DNA from: Balanoglossus misakiensis
Lineage: Eukaryota > Animalia > Hemichordata
Assembly (NCBI GenBank): GCA_040954595.2
Contig: CM082580.2
Location: 10,580,390-10,644,389 of the forward strand
Length of the DNA stretch: 64,000 nucleotides
Direction of reading: 5' to 3'
The number at the start of each line of letters is the position of its first letter. The first letter of the stretch is position 1. Below the pieces are notes generated by a model. The model had not been told where the DNA came from, did not search any database, and worked only from the letters and a program-made list of their open reading frames with translations. Shown one piece after another: positions 52,358 through 63,382 of this stretch. The position numbers and the translations under genes were made by a program.

Positions 52358-55300
52358 TATCATATACTCACCGATCCATGACGACCTCCACTGTGAGGCT
52401 CGCGGTATGTGACGCCACATGTTAATCTATCCTACAAAAACAATAAAGACAACACCTGGAATTATGAGAAAATCGTTGCGAAATACACAGGTAAATCGAA
52501 AAAAAAACACCACAGTGTAGACAGCGTACTAAAAAATCATTGTGCATGAGAATTATGGATGGGGTGGAGCACTTACTCCACCAAAGCGATGGGCCAACAT
52601 GAAGCCACCAACGGCAAACATTGCCACAAGAATGAGCACCAGCGTTAGAATCAGACAACAGCGGATTGGTGTACATCGTCCACGCTGACGCGTTGGGGGA
52701 ACCGGGGTTCGTGTACCTGCCTCTGTTGGAATAACAGTCTAAAATTCAAGAAGAAACATAAATGCGGTAAATTCATTTTGTCACATGCGAAATGGACAGT
52801 GAGGTTCTTCTCCATCAACACCCGCTGTGCGCGCGCAATGCTTGGCGATCATGCGCCCTCGCCGTCAAAGATTCAATTTTACCCTGCGTGGACAGAACAC
52901 GTCACTCTTCTACGGGTTGCATGCCCCGTGCACCATGCGCAATAACATGTGCATAAAGCTAAGGTGAATGTGCGTGAAAGGACGAGCGAAGGTCGTACCT
53001 TCAGCGCAATGAGTGAAGCTGACATGCACAGTAGGGCCATAGGGATTGTGGCAGGGCCTATATTATAAAACTCTGTGCGAATGGACAAAGCTATCTTTCA
53101 GCGTTTTAAACGAGGCTAAGGTGTTCTGTAATACGCCCCATATGCATTGTGGACTGACTGTCTTATATACGAGTCTGATCCTTCGTTTGACGGCTGGGCA
53201 CTATTAAAGGCTATGGATTTGTCATTGTGAACATGCCGAGAGTTCAATGCACGACGAACAAAGGAGAATGAACGGTGGCGAACATGCGCGCGACGATCGT
53301 GTTACATGTATTTTGTTGTACTGGGGGTAAACTCACGGTCACCACGATGCATTCAAGGGTTTACAGGGCAATTGCTTTTTCATAATTCTTCAGAATTCAG
53401 AAAGACTCTGCGGTGAATGCAAATTCAATAGCCGCCTCAAACATCCAAATATCCCCCCAAACCCACCCACTGCACACAACACCCCTACCATCACCAATCA
53501 TTGTCACAGTCCGCGGGCGGTCACGTTTCGGTTTTCAACACGACGACGCTTCTATTGGACTTACAGCTTTCGGGAACATGTGCAATAATTTGCCTATTAA
53601 TCTTTCGTGAAAACATCTGCGCCATATTTTTCTGACAGTTTTCGCGCGTGTAACAACCAACGATTCGTCTTCCTCTTCAAACTCAGCACATATTTTACGT
53701 TTTAAGGTGGTGATGCCTGTTCCCCACAACCATTTTCTTGGCCTTATTACTCATCAAACACAACCTGGGAACTTCAAGGCATATTGTCAGAAAGTTCAGC
53801 TTCCCCGCGGAAATGGGATATAATGTTGGAAACAATCTAACTTGAAACATTGCCAATACTTCGCGGTGTACTTCACACCAGGAAGCTGACATGTACATTC
53901 CTGCAAAACAGAGAAGTGAGAGTCACGCGACACAGAATTACCAGGGCAAATTACCCAACACAATTTCACCGCAACGCAATAGGGTCTATATGATCTGTGT
54001 CAATCTATTTATAACACATTGCGTCATGCCAGTGCCATAGGAACACAGAATAACACTGTGTTGGGACTATGAATCAAAGCTGCAGGCGGGTTTGGTTGGT
54101 CTATCCCGTGTGTCCTGCGTTTATAGTGCTGTCTCCCCACCGCGCGGGGGTGGGGACAGTCTCTGCTCTGATTTTAGCGAAACGCGCGCGTGACTTATGG
54201 CTGGTGAAATGACTATTGGCCAAGTAACCTCTCAGGCGACATACAGCGTGTGATATGCAAAAATCACACTTGTTGACCCGCCCCTTTAATATTCAGGCAC
54301 GATCAAATTTGAACAGTGTCGGCAAGAAGTACTGCGTCATTGTGAGTGTACACAGAAGCTGAAGTGGTGCGCTTCGCGACTGCGCCTTCGGTTTTTTAGT
54401 ACGCAGTTTATTTTTAAATACTTGGGTTAAAAAAACTTGCATGTACACCTATTACTTGGCAAAACTATAAAGTTGAACGGAGTAAACCTCGAACGAAGTT
54501 GCGCATACATGCGGGTCACAGTGCCAGGTGCAAGTCAACGTGGACGCCGGGCACTGTGCGGTTTGCGCAAACATCATGTATGATCATGGAGGTACTAGTA
54601 CCTCCATGGTATGATCAATACGCCACCGCAATGGCGTCTTTTTCCATAAGCATGCATGGTGGTACGCTGTGCACAGACGTTTAATAACTAATTAAAGACC
54701 CCCGAAGGCCAAACTGGGTTGAAAGATCACGATTTATATACGCTTTTAAAATTTGAGCAAGTTCTCGGGAAAATGTGGTCATTTGTCAATTTTGCGTCAG
54801 CCGTGGAACGCCATGTTCCAGGCCAGACACTGAAACCGGACAATTGAATAAACGGACAACAACAAAGTGGTGTTATGAGAGCTCGTCACAATACCACACA
54901 GTTCACGTACCACTGTCGGAGGCAACTCGACTTCTTCCTTCTCCTTCTTCAAGTCGTCCGCCTTCTTCGCGTTTTCCGGCGGTATAGAAGTTGGCTTGAC
55001 CATTCTGTCTGTGTTTTTTGGCGTATTCAATCAGTCGCAAAAGAGCCGTCAACTGGATCAGTATAGCTAATAGGTCAAACGACAGTATTGGCCTGTACGT
55101 ACCAAGTGCTTGTGACGTAGACACTTTCGATCGTGTGGTCTGGGCGATTCCATTCGGACACTGGGTAATACCGGGTGATTACACAGCTGTATTCCAATTC
55201 CCGTTAAATACCGTACCGCTTCAATACAACCGCCCTTGCCTTCTCGTACTTACTGGAAAAACCACCTTTTCATTCGTCATGCGCGGGGTAACAGCACGTG

Positions 55301-55906
55301 TATGAAAGCAAATATCGTCAGAGGTTTGCAGACCAACGCAAGTGTACGACAGTGTCACCATGGTAACATTTCCCCACTGTCCCCAGAGATCAGTGAGGTT
55401 ATTGACTAATTGATGGTTTCATAAAACCCAGAATATTACAGCGGCGTGTTTCATTCCCACATTTATGCCAACAACAGGATTGCCGTATAGGTCGGAAAAA
55501 AAGCCAAAAGTGGCTGGCGCAACTCAACAATCTTAAACTGAACTTTGCAAGAATTACCTATACAAACAACGCCAATGAGACGTTTAATAACTAATTAAAG
55601 ACCCCCGAAGGCCAAACTGGGTTGAAAGATCACGATTTATATACGCTTTTAAAATTTGAGCAAGTTCTCGGGAAAATGTGGTCATTTGTCAATTTTGCGT
55701 CAGCCGTGGAACGCCATGTTCCAGGCCAGACACTGAAACCGGACAATTGAATAAACGGACAACAACAAAGTGGTGTTATGAGAGCTCGTCACAATACCAC
55801 ACAGTTCACGTACCACTGTCGGAGGCAACTCGACTTCTTCCTTCTCCTTCTTCAAGTCGTCCGCCTTCTTCGCGTTTTCCGGCGGTATAGAAGTTGGCTT
55901 GACCAT
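50940..55906 (-). CDS. ITM2: ITM2/BRI2-like type II membrane BRICHOS proprotein, paralog B (7 exons, 333 aa; exon 1 present twice)
   Basis: Exons: 55906-55814 (or the identical copy 55003-54911), 52738-52577, 52431-52372, 52220-52074, 51827-51726, 51505-51214, 51085-50940. All introns GT-AG, frame open. MVK start; TM helix CCLILTLVLILVAMFAVGGFML; ITM2-type TCGVTY; ILHDYNV..LSAY..GRCYVKKLN...LGMYIPRLCWDVPTYWL; furin site RKRR; AATAAA about 63 nt after the stop. Confidence 0.88.
51214..51505 (-). CDS. BRICHOS paralog B exon 6 (DPSFFNQHF...LIFRKRR)
   Basis: ttttacag|GAT ... CGC G|gtgagt, phase 1. Confidence 0.9.
51572..51611. repeat. Near-perfect 40-bp palindrome in paralog B intron 5
   Basis: CCGGGGTGTC-A-CTCATTC-AA-GAATGAG-AC-GACACCCCCGG. 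Confidence 0.8.
51726..51827 (-). CDS. BRICHOS paralog B exon 5 (QLSAYKMWNSGRCYVKKLN...EKMK)
   Basis: tttgcag| ... AAG|gtgagt; 34 codons. Confidence 0.87.
52074..52220 (-). CDS. BRICHOS paralog B exon 4 (SSDNSDE...ILHDYNVNV)
   Basis: ctaacag| ... GTG|gtaaga; 49 codons. Confidence 0.87.
52304..52357. repeat. (ATC)18 microsatellite in paralog B intron 3
   Basis: Seen directly, about 14 nt from the exon 3 donor. Confidence 0.95.
52372..52431 (-). CDS. BRICHOS paralog B exon 3 (DRLTCGVTYREPHSGGRHGS)
   Basis: tttttgtag| ... TCG|gtgagt; CGxxY as in the ITM2 motif CGIKY. Confidence 0.82.
52577..52738 (-). CDS. BRICHOS paralog B exon 2 (transmembrane anchor)
   Basis: ttttag|ACT ... GGA|gtaagt; 54 codons TVIPTE...AHRFGG. 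Confidence 0.87.
54911..55003 (-). CDS. BRICHOS paralog B exon 1, proximal copy
   Basis: Identical to 55814-55906, offset by 903 bp. Confidence 0.75.
55814..55906 (-). CDS. BRICHOS paralog B exon 1, distal copy (MVKPTSIPPENAKKADDLKKEKEEVELPPTV)
   Basis: 31 codons, same length as paralog A exon 1; donor GTG|gtacgt. Confidence 0.7.
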
Positions 55907-58236
55907 TCTGTCTGTGTTTTTTGGCGTATTCAATCAGTCGCAAAAGAGCCGTCAACTGGATCAGTATAGCTAATAGGTCAAACGACAGTATTGGCCTGTA
56001 CGTACCAAGTGCTTGTGACGTAGACACTTTCGATCGTGTGGTCTGGGCGATTCCATTCGGACACTGGGTAATACCGGGTGATTACACAGCTGTATTCCAA
56101 TTCCCGTTAAATACCGTACCGCTTCAATACAACCGCCCTTGCCTTCTCGTACTTACTGGAAAAACCACCTTTTCATTCGTCATGCGCGGGGTAACAGCAC
56201 GTGTATGAAAGCAAATATCGTCAGAGGTTTGCAGACCAACGCAAGTGTACGACAGTGTCACCATGGTAACATTTCCCCACTGTCCCCAGAGATCAGTGAG
56301 GTTATTGACTAATTGATGGTTTCATAAAACCCAGAATATTACAGCGGCGTGTTTCATTCCCACATTTATGCCAACAACAGGATTGCCGTATAGGTCGGAA
56401 AAAAAGCCAAAAGTGGCTGGCGCAACTCAACAATCTTAAACTGAACTTTGCAAGAATTACCTATACAAACAACGCCAATGAGAAATGAGAAAATCCCCTA
56501 GAAATCTAATTACTCGCGCAACTGTACACCAGTACAGCTATAATGAACGTTTCATCATATTACCGAGATATTGATTATGATGTGGTTAAAATAAATATGT
56601 GATTGAATTCTGACTATTCTGTCAACGGCCTCTGGGTAAATTTAATTAAGTCTCGCTAATTTTCAGTCATGCGTTCTAAGTACATGCACGTAGTTATAAT
56701 AATGTGATGAACACACCACGGCGAATCACGAAAGTCATGTTCCATACAATCAAGATTTCTCTGTGTTATTTGCAAGGGCCCTTGTCAAGTACCTTCCTTG
56801 TCACATACACCATTGACAGTTAAAGGCGCATACGTTATACAGAGCTAAGTCTTTTTCCAACTGGAAAGAAACGATTTCGTGCACAGACAAAGATCCATTG
56901 TTCTGCAGTGATGCCCTGGTCAAGAAATATTGGCCTCTAAAGTTAAAACCTTATTGGACAGACCCTTTCACGGCTATTCTGTTTTGTTAAACAATGTCTT
57001 TCACGCTGAGGTTATTTTCACGATTTCGCTTTCAAAACCGAGGTTATGTAATGACGTGTGTCTTCTTGTCATTATCACTTACACACTTACACTTCACATT
57101 GTCCTCTGTATAAGCATCGTCGTCACACATTTCTTTACGACAACAGCTAGACTGTGTATAATAGGGAAGAGAAAGGAATGGTAGAGCGTGTGTTTATTTT
57201 TTCCTTTCTTTCTGGGGAACCACTGGTGACTCTCCTTTTGAATCCTCCACACGTCAGCTGCTCCTTCAATCGCTTTCACGGCCTGCTTGCGTGGACCGAA
57301 TCGGTCCAATGATGACGGGCGAGGGTCGTGCTATTGGTCGAAGGAGCAGTGACGTCATCACACAACTGTACACGAAACAGTTGGGTATTGGTATATTATC
57401 AACATTTATTAAACAAACGACATGTTTAGTAGTGTAAGCTTTCTCGGGTATTGAACACAAAATGACAACCTCGCTAGTGGATGTGCACCGTTTCTGCATA
57501 GATGACTTTCGGATAGCGTCCGTTAATGCCGAGGGCCCACGTGGTAAGCTTTAATACTAGTAGGTACATATAGAAATGTGATAAATCCGTAAGGCACTTG
57601 AAATTTCTGTTGTGAGTTCGTTCACCAGTGTCCCAACAACACAAAAGCGAACACTGGTTCCGCCATTCCAAAGCAGGTATTTCACTTCCTCAACAACGCC
57701 ATGGCGACGGAAAAAATACGTGATATGTACATGTACAACAAGAAAACACACATTTACAATATGTTTAACGTCATTCTAAAAAAAACACATTCAAGGTGTT
57801 CGTGTGACAAAAATAAACGTTCACATCAATAATATAAAATACACGTACATCCCTACAAACGAATAAAATATCGGAAATTTCCTAGCTAGCCGAGCGTTAG
57901 CAAAGTGAACAACATTCCACCAGTGAAATAAAAAGAACGTTTTGTGGCTGAAGATAATTGCAGACCATATCAAATCTATATTCCCTGCTGTTCGCCAGGC
58001 CCGGATTTGTTAATGTCACGAGTCCCGCTCGCTTTCCTAATACTGTCAGGCTAATACCAACATTTCTTCCTGCAACAAGCTTGCATACGGTTTTCGCTAA
58101 GCTTTAAAATACACATATAAAACTAATGATTTTTTTGTGAGACAATGGTGTAAATGATAAATGAATATTCTGCGGATCCGTTTGGTCGCAAGAAACGGAT
58201 ATTGCTACGGGTACGTTGCTGCTCGTATCGCGGAGC

Positions 58237-58343
58237 TCACTTGAAGTAGAATTTCATCTCCTTCACCTTGTTGTCGCTGTCGAAGTAGCGGATCTTGGTT
58301 TGCTCCATCTTGGACTTGTCCAGGAAGTTGCGTTCGTTGAAAT
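58237..58343 (-). CDS. BRICHOS paralog A exon 7 (C-terminal released peptide)
   Basis: catccacag|AT TTC ... AAG TGA; completes the phase-1 codon (Asp); GC3-rich codons. Confidence 0.8.
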
Positions 58344-61300
58344 CTGTGGATGCACAATGACACGGCGGTGAATACTACATGCAGAATTGACATAAGCATT
58401 AAAGGCTGTGTTGTCTGACCTAGAATACTAGTACATGTACATGCATACCTAGGATATTGCGTGGCGAAAATGATGCTCGATAAGCCGTTGCTTACGGGCG
58501 CGCTGCATACTCCCCGACCAGTGACTGAGCAACGGCCAATGAAAATTTCACCCCCCCTCCCAAATGCATACCATGCTACCCCCCCCCCCCCCGCTCTTAT
58601 GGGTCTTACCTCCACGGCGATGTCTGTGTCCACCGTGACCCCGATGGTCTTCTCCGGAATCGTGGTGATCTGATGACGGAGGGCGGAACCACGGCCAGTC
58701 TTCGAAACTCGAGCTGTCCTCTTCGGAAGCGGCGTCGAAGGGGGCTGGCAGCACGGGCTCGGGCTCATCTTCGGCCTCGGTGGCTTCCTCCAGCCAGTAC
58801 GTGGGAACTCCTAGGCACCTTTCGGCGATGAACGGCCCCAGAGTGAAAACGTCGTGAATCGGGGGCGGAACGGCCAGGTAGTTTTCACGCACCATCTCGA
58901 AGTGTTGACGCAAATAGTTTGGATCCTATAGGCGAAGCAAAAGAACTACGTTAAAAAATTAATGAAAAACGTCGTCTTAATGCAATCTCCGCAGAATGAA
59001 ACCAACTTCGGAACAATTTACAAGCCGTTTATAAGAACGGCCAACTTTTGGGCAGGTTGGTTCTCTTACCCTCATCAGCTGGGCTAGCATAAATGGCGGC
59101 ATGCATGCATTGTCCAAAGGCTTGACGAAACAGCGTTCGGAGGTCCACAGTCTGTAGGCCGATAATCCCTGAAATGCAAGCGATAAGACTAAATATTAAA
59201 ATCATGATTAAGAAAGATTTATCGGTGAAAACCACCAGTGACAAATCTCTCCGCCGAGCTGAGGCGCCGTTTGAGATAATTCAAGTGCAACCATCCGTGC
59301 GATTATTGGCCGATGTGTGTCAATGCGATTTCGGCGTAAATCATGATGAATCCTCACTTCAAATATCACAAGAGATAACACTGTGAGGATACTAGTGTGT
59401 ATTCTGTTCTACGTACCACAGTAAAATCGTGTATGACCGTCACTTGCTCGCATCCTTCAGCCGACGGAATCTCAAACTTCTCCGTTCCCTCATCCTCGTC
59501 CACTTCTATCTCCTCGTCTACGGACCCGGATGTCGTGACCGTGGTGGAAGACACCATCATCTGGGTGGGGTGGGGCCTGGTGGGTTCCGCTGGGTTTGGC
59601 ATCGGAGGTAATGGAGGACGAATATCGGGTCGCTCGTCGACAGGTTCCTGTAATTATCGATTTATAATAACGCCAGTCAATATCTGATTGTACGAGATCT
59701 CGCGAGGCTCGGGTTATTACCTAAGTTAGCCACGCGCCTTTCCGGCCAAGTAACTCAAGTCCAACTTTGCATGAAACTAGAATAGGTGCAGAGTACACCG
59801 AAATTTCTAAATTTTGTGCTGATTATTTTACTTTGAGTAACTTACCAATGGCTCAGCTGGGTCATGATGTGGCGGAGGTGGCCGATGTCCCTCTTGCTTG
59901 TCTGGTCGAGGTTCATCAAAATCTACATGTAAATCGAACTTTTCTTTCTGTGAAAATAATGTGAATAACCAACAATTTCAATTTCTCTAGATCTTGGAAC
60001 TCTATCTGTTGGGGGCAGACGCTTCAGCCATGAAAACTCGTTTTCAAAACAAAAATAAGTTTCGGTCAAGGAGAAAGGGTTTTGAGACCGGGGTCATTAC
60101 GTGTTCTGTACAGACTAGTTGCGACTTTGGCCAGTTTGGTCTATCGTGTTTATTATAATTGGAAAGTCCAAGTGATCACCATGCTAACAAAACGACCCCC
60201 CCCCCCCCGCGGTCACGTGCTTCCCTTACCTTGTGGTGTTCGTCGCCACCGACGAAAATCCTGTAGGTTAGCCCGCCCGCAGCGACGCCAGCGCCGATCA
60301 GGAGCAGGAAAAACAGCATGAGAAGCAAGCGCCGCGTTGTGCAACACTGCTTTTTGCTTTCCACCGCAACTCCCTCGGGAAGAATTTGAACATTTGTCTG
60401 AAAATAATGAGGAGTGATTAGAAAACACGTTGGACGACAACGTGAAGACGTGCACGTGACGATCTGTGATCGACGATATAAAACAGACATTTCAACGAAA
60501 ACATTGTCGAGTTTAATGTCAGAAATTCTAATCTTGTTAATATTATTCCGTTCGTGTTTTGTAGTTATACTGATACTGGCAATCGATCATTTTTGTCGGT
60601 AAGACCAAACAGACAAAATGAAATACTTTGTTGCAAATACACATCAATCGTAATAATCAATTGTAAATCTCGAACAAACTATTCCAAGTGCACGAATATC
60701 ATGTGTGACTGATTACTCTCTTTCGCGTTGTCGCAGCCTGGAGAGACGAAGCCTTCGCCATTGTTTGTATTCGTCGTATAAATTTCAGTTGCTGCTCTTG
60801 CATGTATTGTGTGAGTACAGGTGTGTGCATTGAAAATCTAACGCTGCCAGCGGCGTCCGCATAAAACATGAAGACGGTACCACCCAGTGCGATCCTCTCA
60901 CAGTGAGCAGGTCACCGGTTTCCATGACGACTGTTCCAGTGTCATGCGCACACTGCGGTGATTGGTGACGAGCAACGAAAGGAAACGTTTTATACTTGCG
61001 GTGCGAGAATAACTTAATCATTGTTTTGTAATCGTTTTTGAAAATACAATAAGAATATAAATTATTCTGATAAAATTACGTGCATTGATGTAATCGAAGC
61101 GGCTGGAAATGCGGGAATGCAGTAATTGAATAACTATTTTTACATTTTCACACAACTGATGCAAATAATCACTGATAATAGTAACAACAACAACAACAAT
61201 CGCCGCCGCCGTCGTCGTCATCATCATCATTTTCCCAACCATTTTCCGGGTTCATTTCGTCGTTATTAAAAATGAGGCCCGATTACTCATATTCTGCGAA

Positions 61301-62523
61301 GCTGGTGTAGGGTTTTCGCGGAGTGGTGTCTTACGTCGACCATTGTGTAAAATGCGTTTGAATAGGTGCCAGGCAGAACTGTCGCCACAATAAAGACCGC
61401 ACCATATTCACCTCAGTGGTTTTGTTGTGAAAGAATACCCTTGATCCGTCATCAGGACTTGGCCTGGACTTTTCGCGACATCCGGGTCAGTGTACGCCAG
61501 AGGCGGATGTAAACGCACGAAAAAATGGTTCGAGACTGTGCAGCCAAACAATTCGCCCTGCATAAGTGAAAGCTATTAAAGATCACTGCTGGATTTAATC
61601 CCTTAACACCGCCTTTTTATTTCGAAATTTTGAACTCTACAAACTACTACTCTCGCGTCTGTTTATACATCGAGCATAAATGACAAATGAACGTTAATTA
61701 ATCAAGCACTTATATAACGATTACTGTTCTAACGGAGTACATGTACACGCGTTCAGTGGAAATGTTTACCGTGTTCTGGACTGTCTTTTGTTTACCCGGG
61801 GCATAACCACTACATGTAATATGTTATTTGCACAATAGTCACGCCACAGACGTCGGAATGACATGTTTGCATAGAGCATTGAACATTATGATTACAGTTT
61901 CGCTCTTTTTTCCGTGTATGTTCCGGGTAGAAGTGCCACATGGGTCGCAGTGGCGGTGGGGCCACGGCGGAGGGGGGTCGCATTCTTGCCTGTGCATTCG
62001 AGACCATACCTTTCCGTTCACGCGCACAGTCGCGTGCGTTCGGATTACGTCATAATCACCCAAAATGATCGAAAGTGAAAATGGTCTAGACAAACCTGAC
62101 CAGATTAGACCACGCGTGGGAAAATGCAAGTCATTGAAGCGACATGACAACGTTTTTACAGGCTTAAAAAACGACAACACTGGTTTCATGACCGATTGGG
62201 ACTAATGACCTAAAAGGGCACGTCATCATTCTACCTGTAGCCTACGAGCATATAGCCTTCATCACGGCGGATATTAAAACCAGGAGATAGAAAATCAGAA
62301 CAGATGCCTCGTTTAGTGTACTTCACAAAGTTTGAGCCGGGGCAATTTTGCGCTCCAGAGTTCATCACCGATCTGGGGAAAGCTATGACGAACTGAATAT
62401 CCTTGAGAAGGGCCTAACATCAGAACTTACCAGGACTGCGTCAATAGGTGGTTTCTTCAGTTCATCTTTCTTCAAATCCTCCTTTTCTGCACCGTCGACC
62501 GCATAAACGCCAAGTTTCACCAT
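58237..62523 (-). CDS. ITM2: ITM2/BRI2-like type II membrane BRICHOS proprotein, paralog A (7 exons, 371 aa)
   Basis: Hand-spliced, all introns GT-AG, frame open throughout. Exons: 62523-62431, 60397-60230, 59947-59846, 59647-59417, 59168-59070, 58925-58610, 58343-58237. Starts MVKLGVYAVDGAEKEDLKKDELK, similar to the ITM2B start MVKVTF...KEAKKDEPK. Single TM helix LLLMLFFLLLIGAGVAAGGLTY. BRICHOS motifs VIHDFTVGLSAY...RCFVKPL...MPP...LGPFIAERCLGVPTYWL. Furin-type site RHRR. Family call only, not 1:1 orthology. Confidence 0.88.
58610..58925 (-). CDS. BRICHOS paralog A exon 6 (DPNYLRQHF...HRHRRG)
   Basis: cctatag|GAT ... GGA G|gtaaga, phase 1. Confidence 0.88.
59070..59168 (-). CDS. BRICHOS paralog A exon 5 (GLSAYRLWTSERCFVKPLDNACMPPFMLAQLMR)
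   Basis: catttcag| ... AGG|gtaaga; 33 codons; aligns with paralog B exon 5. Confidence 0.87.
59417..59647 (-). CDS. BRICHOS paralog A exon 4 (Pro-rich linker to VIHDFTV)
   Basis: ttacag|GAA ... GTG|gtacgt; 77 codons. Confidence 0.85.
59846..59947 (-). CDS. BRICHOS paralog A exon 3 (KEKFDLHVDFDEPRPDKQEGHRPPPPHHDPAEPL)
   Basis: ttttcacag| ... TTG|gtaagt; 34 codons, phase 0-0; not in the ORF track on this strand. Confidence 0.75.
60230..60397 (-). CDS. BRICHOS paralog A exon 2 (transmembrane anchor)
   Basis: ttttcag| ... AAG|gtaagg; 56 codons including the hydrophobic helix. Confidence 0.87.
62431..62523 (-). CDS. BRICHOS paralog A exon 1 (MVKLGV...IDAVL)
   Basis: ATG at 62523; donor CTG|gtaagt; 31 codons, phase 0. 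Confidence 0.82.
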
Positions 62524-62682
62524 GGTGACTGCGTTCTTTACGGATTTAAAATGATCAGAGTTTCCCTGTTTGGTGAACGCTGTGTGTCTTAACCTGTAGC
62601 AGCTAAGAGTATTGTCAGTCTGCGCCGTACGTGCGCACTCTTGATAATCACTCAGTCGACAGAGGTGAAAGTGGTGGTAGGA

Positions 62683-62692
62683 TGCGCATGCG
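62683..62692. promoter_or_regulatory. NRF-1-like motif upstream of paralog A
   Basis: TGCGCATGCG 160 bp upstream of the ATG. Confidence 0.3.
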
Positions 62693-63270
62693 TACCGTAC
62701 ACACCATGCAAGCTCTTGTTGGTGTGCAAATTTTATTTTATGTTTACGCGGTGTCACGAACGGTATCAACAGTCTCGTCTTACACGAGGACTATACAAAT
62801 TAGGCGATGTATTATTAACATGTTCTTTTTATCGTGGGGAAGCCCGCTTTTCCCGATAGTAAAGAACATTTATCAGCCAACATTCCAGAAAATTGGGTCG
62901 AATCTTCTTATTCATGTAGCATCATAAATAAAGGATTTAGTGAATACATTAATTTGCCATCTGCCAACGAATAAACAACACAATACAGCCAGTCATTTGA
63001 TAGGAAAGATGAAAAAATGTCACCAAGAAAGATAAGCGAGTTTACTTTTAATCACCGACTTGAGGGTTCTGTCGTACCTGGTACGTTGTGTAACGCCGGT
63101 TCTATTGTTATGCAAATAGAGATGGCTATTGACAGTCGCACATCATGATCTCGGCCACTATCCGATGGACGATTCTCGCACGAGCGACCTTCGATAACAA
63201 TACATTTTTATCGGAAGACAGTAGTGATTCACATGATGAGGTCCACGCTATAGATATCCACAACTTGAGA

Positions 63271-63352
63271 GGTTTCTAGAGTGGTAGCTAGGCAACACAT
63301 TCCAGAAACTGGTTTCTGGAGTGGTAGCTAGGCAACACATTCTAGAAAGTGG
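63271..63352. repeat. 40-bp tandem repeat (2 copies)
   Basis: GGTTTCT(A/G)GAGTGGTAGCTAGGCAACACATTC(C/T)AGAAA at 63271 and 63311. Confidence 0.92.
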
Positions 63353-63382
63353 TCTTGTTTTTTTACATCTTCTAGCTTCTCC

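Larger units (their letters stand above)
54675..56483. repeat. 903-bp tandem duplication containing paralog B exon 1 and upstream region
   Basis: 54675-55577 matches 55578-56480 with no difference seen by eye; four ORF-track proteins are duplicated exactly at +903; AGA microhomology at the junction. Confidence 0.97.

Noticed and set aside
53535-53915. Strong - strand acceptor (ttctctgttttgcag) inside paralog B intron 1
   Set aside because: The phase-0 frame stops after about 34 codons and there is no paralog A counterpart; exon 1 joins exon 2 cleanly without it.
58205-58768. 187-aa ORF, the longest in the track
   Set aside because: Out-of-frame read across exon 6, intron 6 and exon 7 of paralog A; the spliced frame explains the region.
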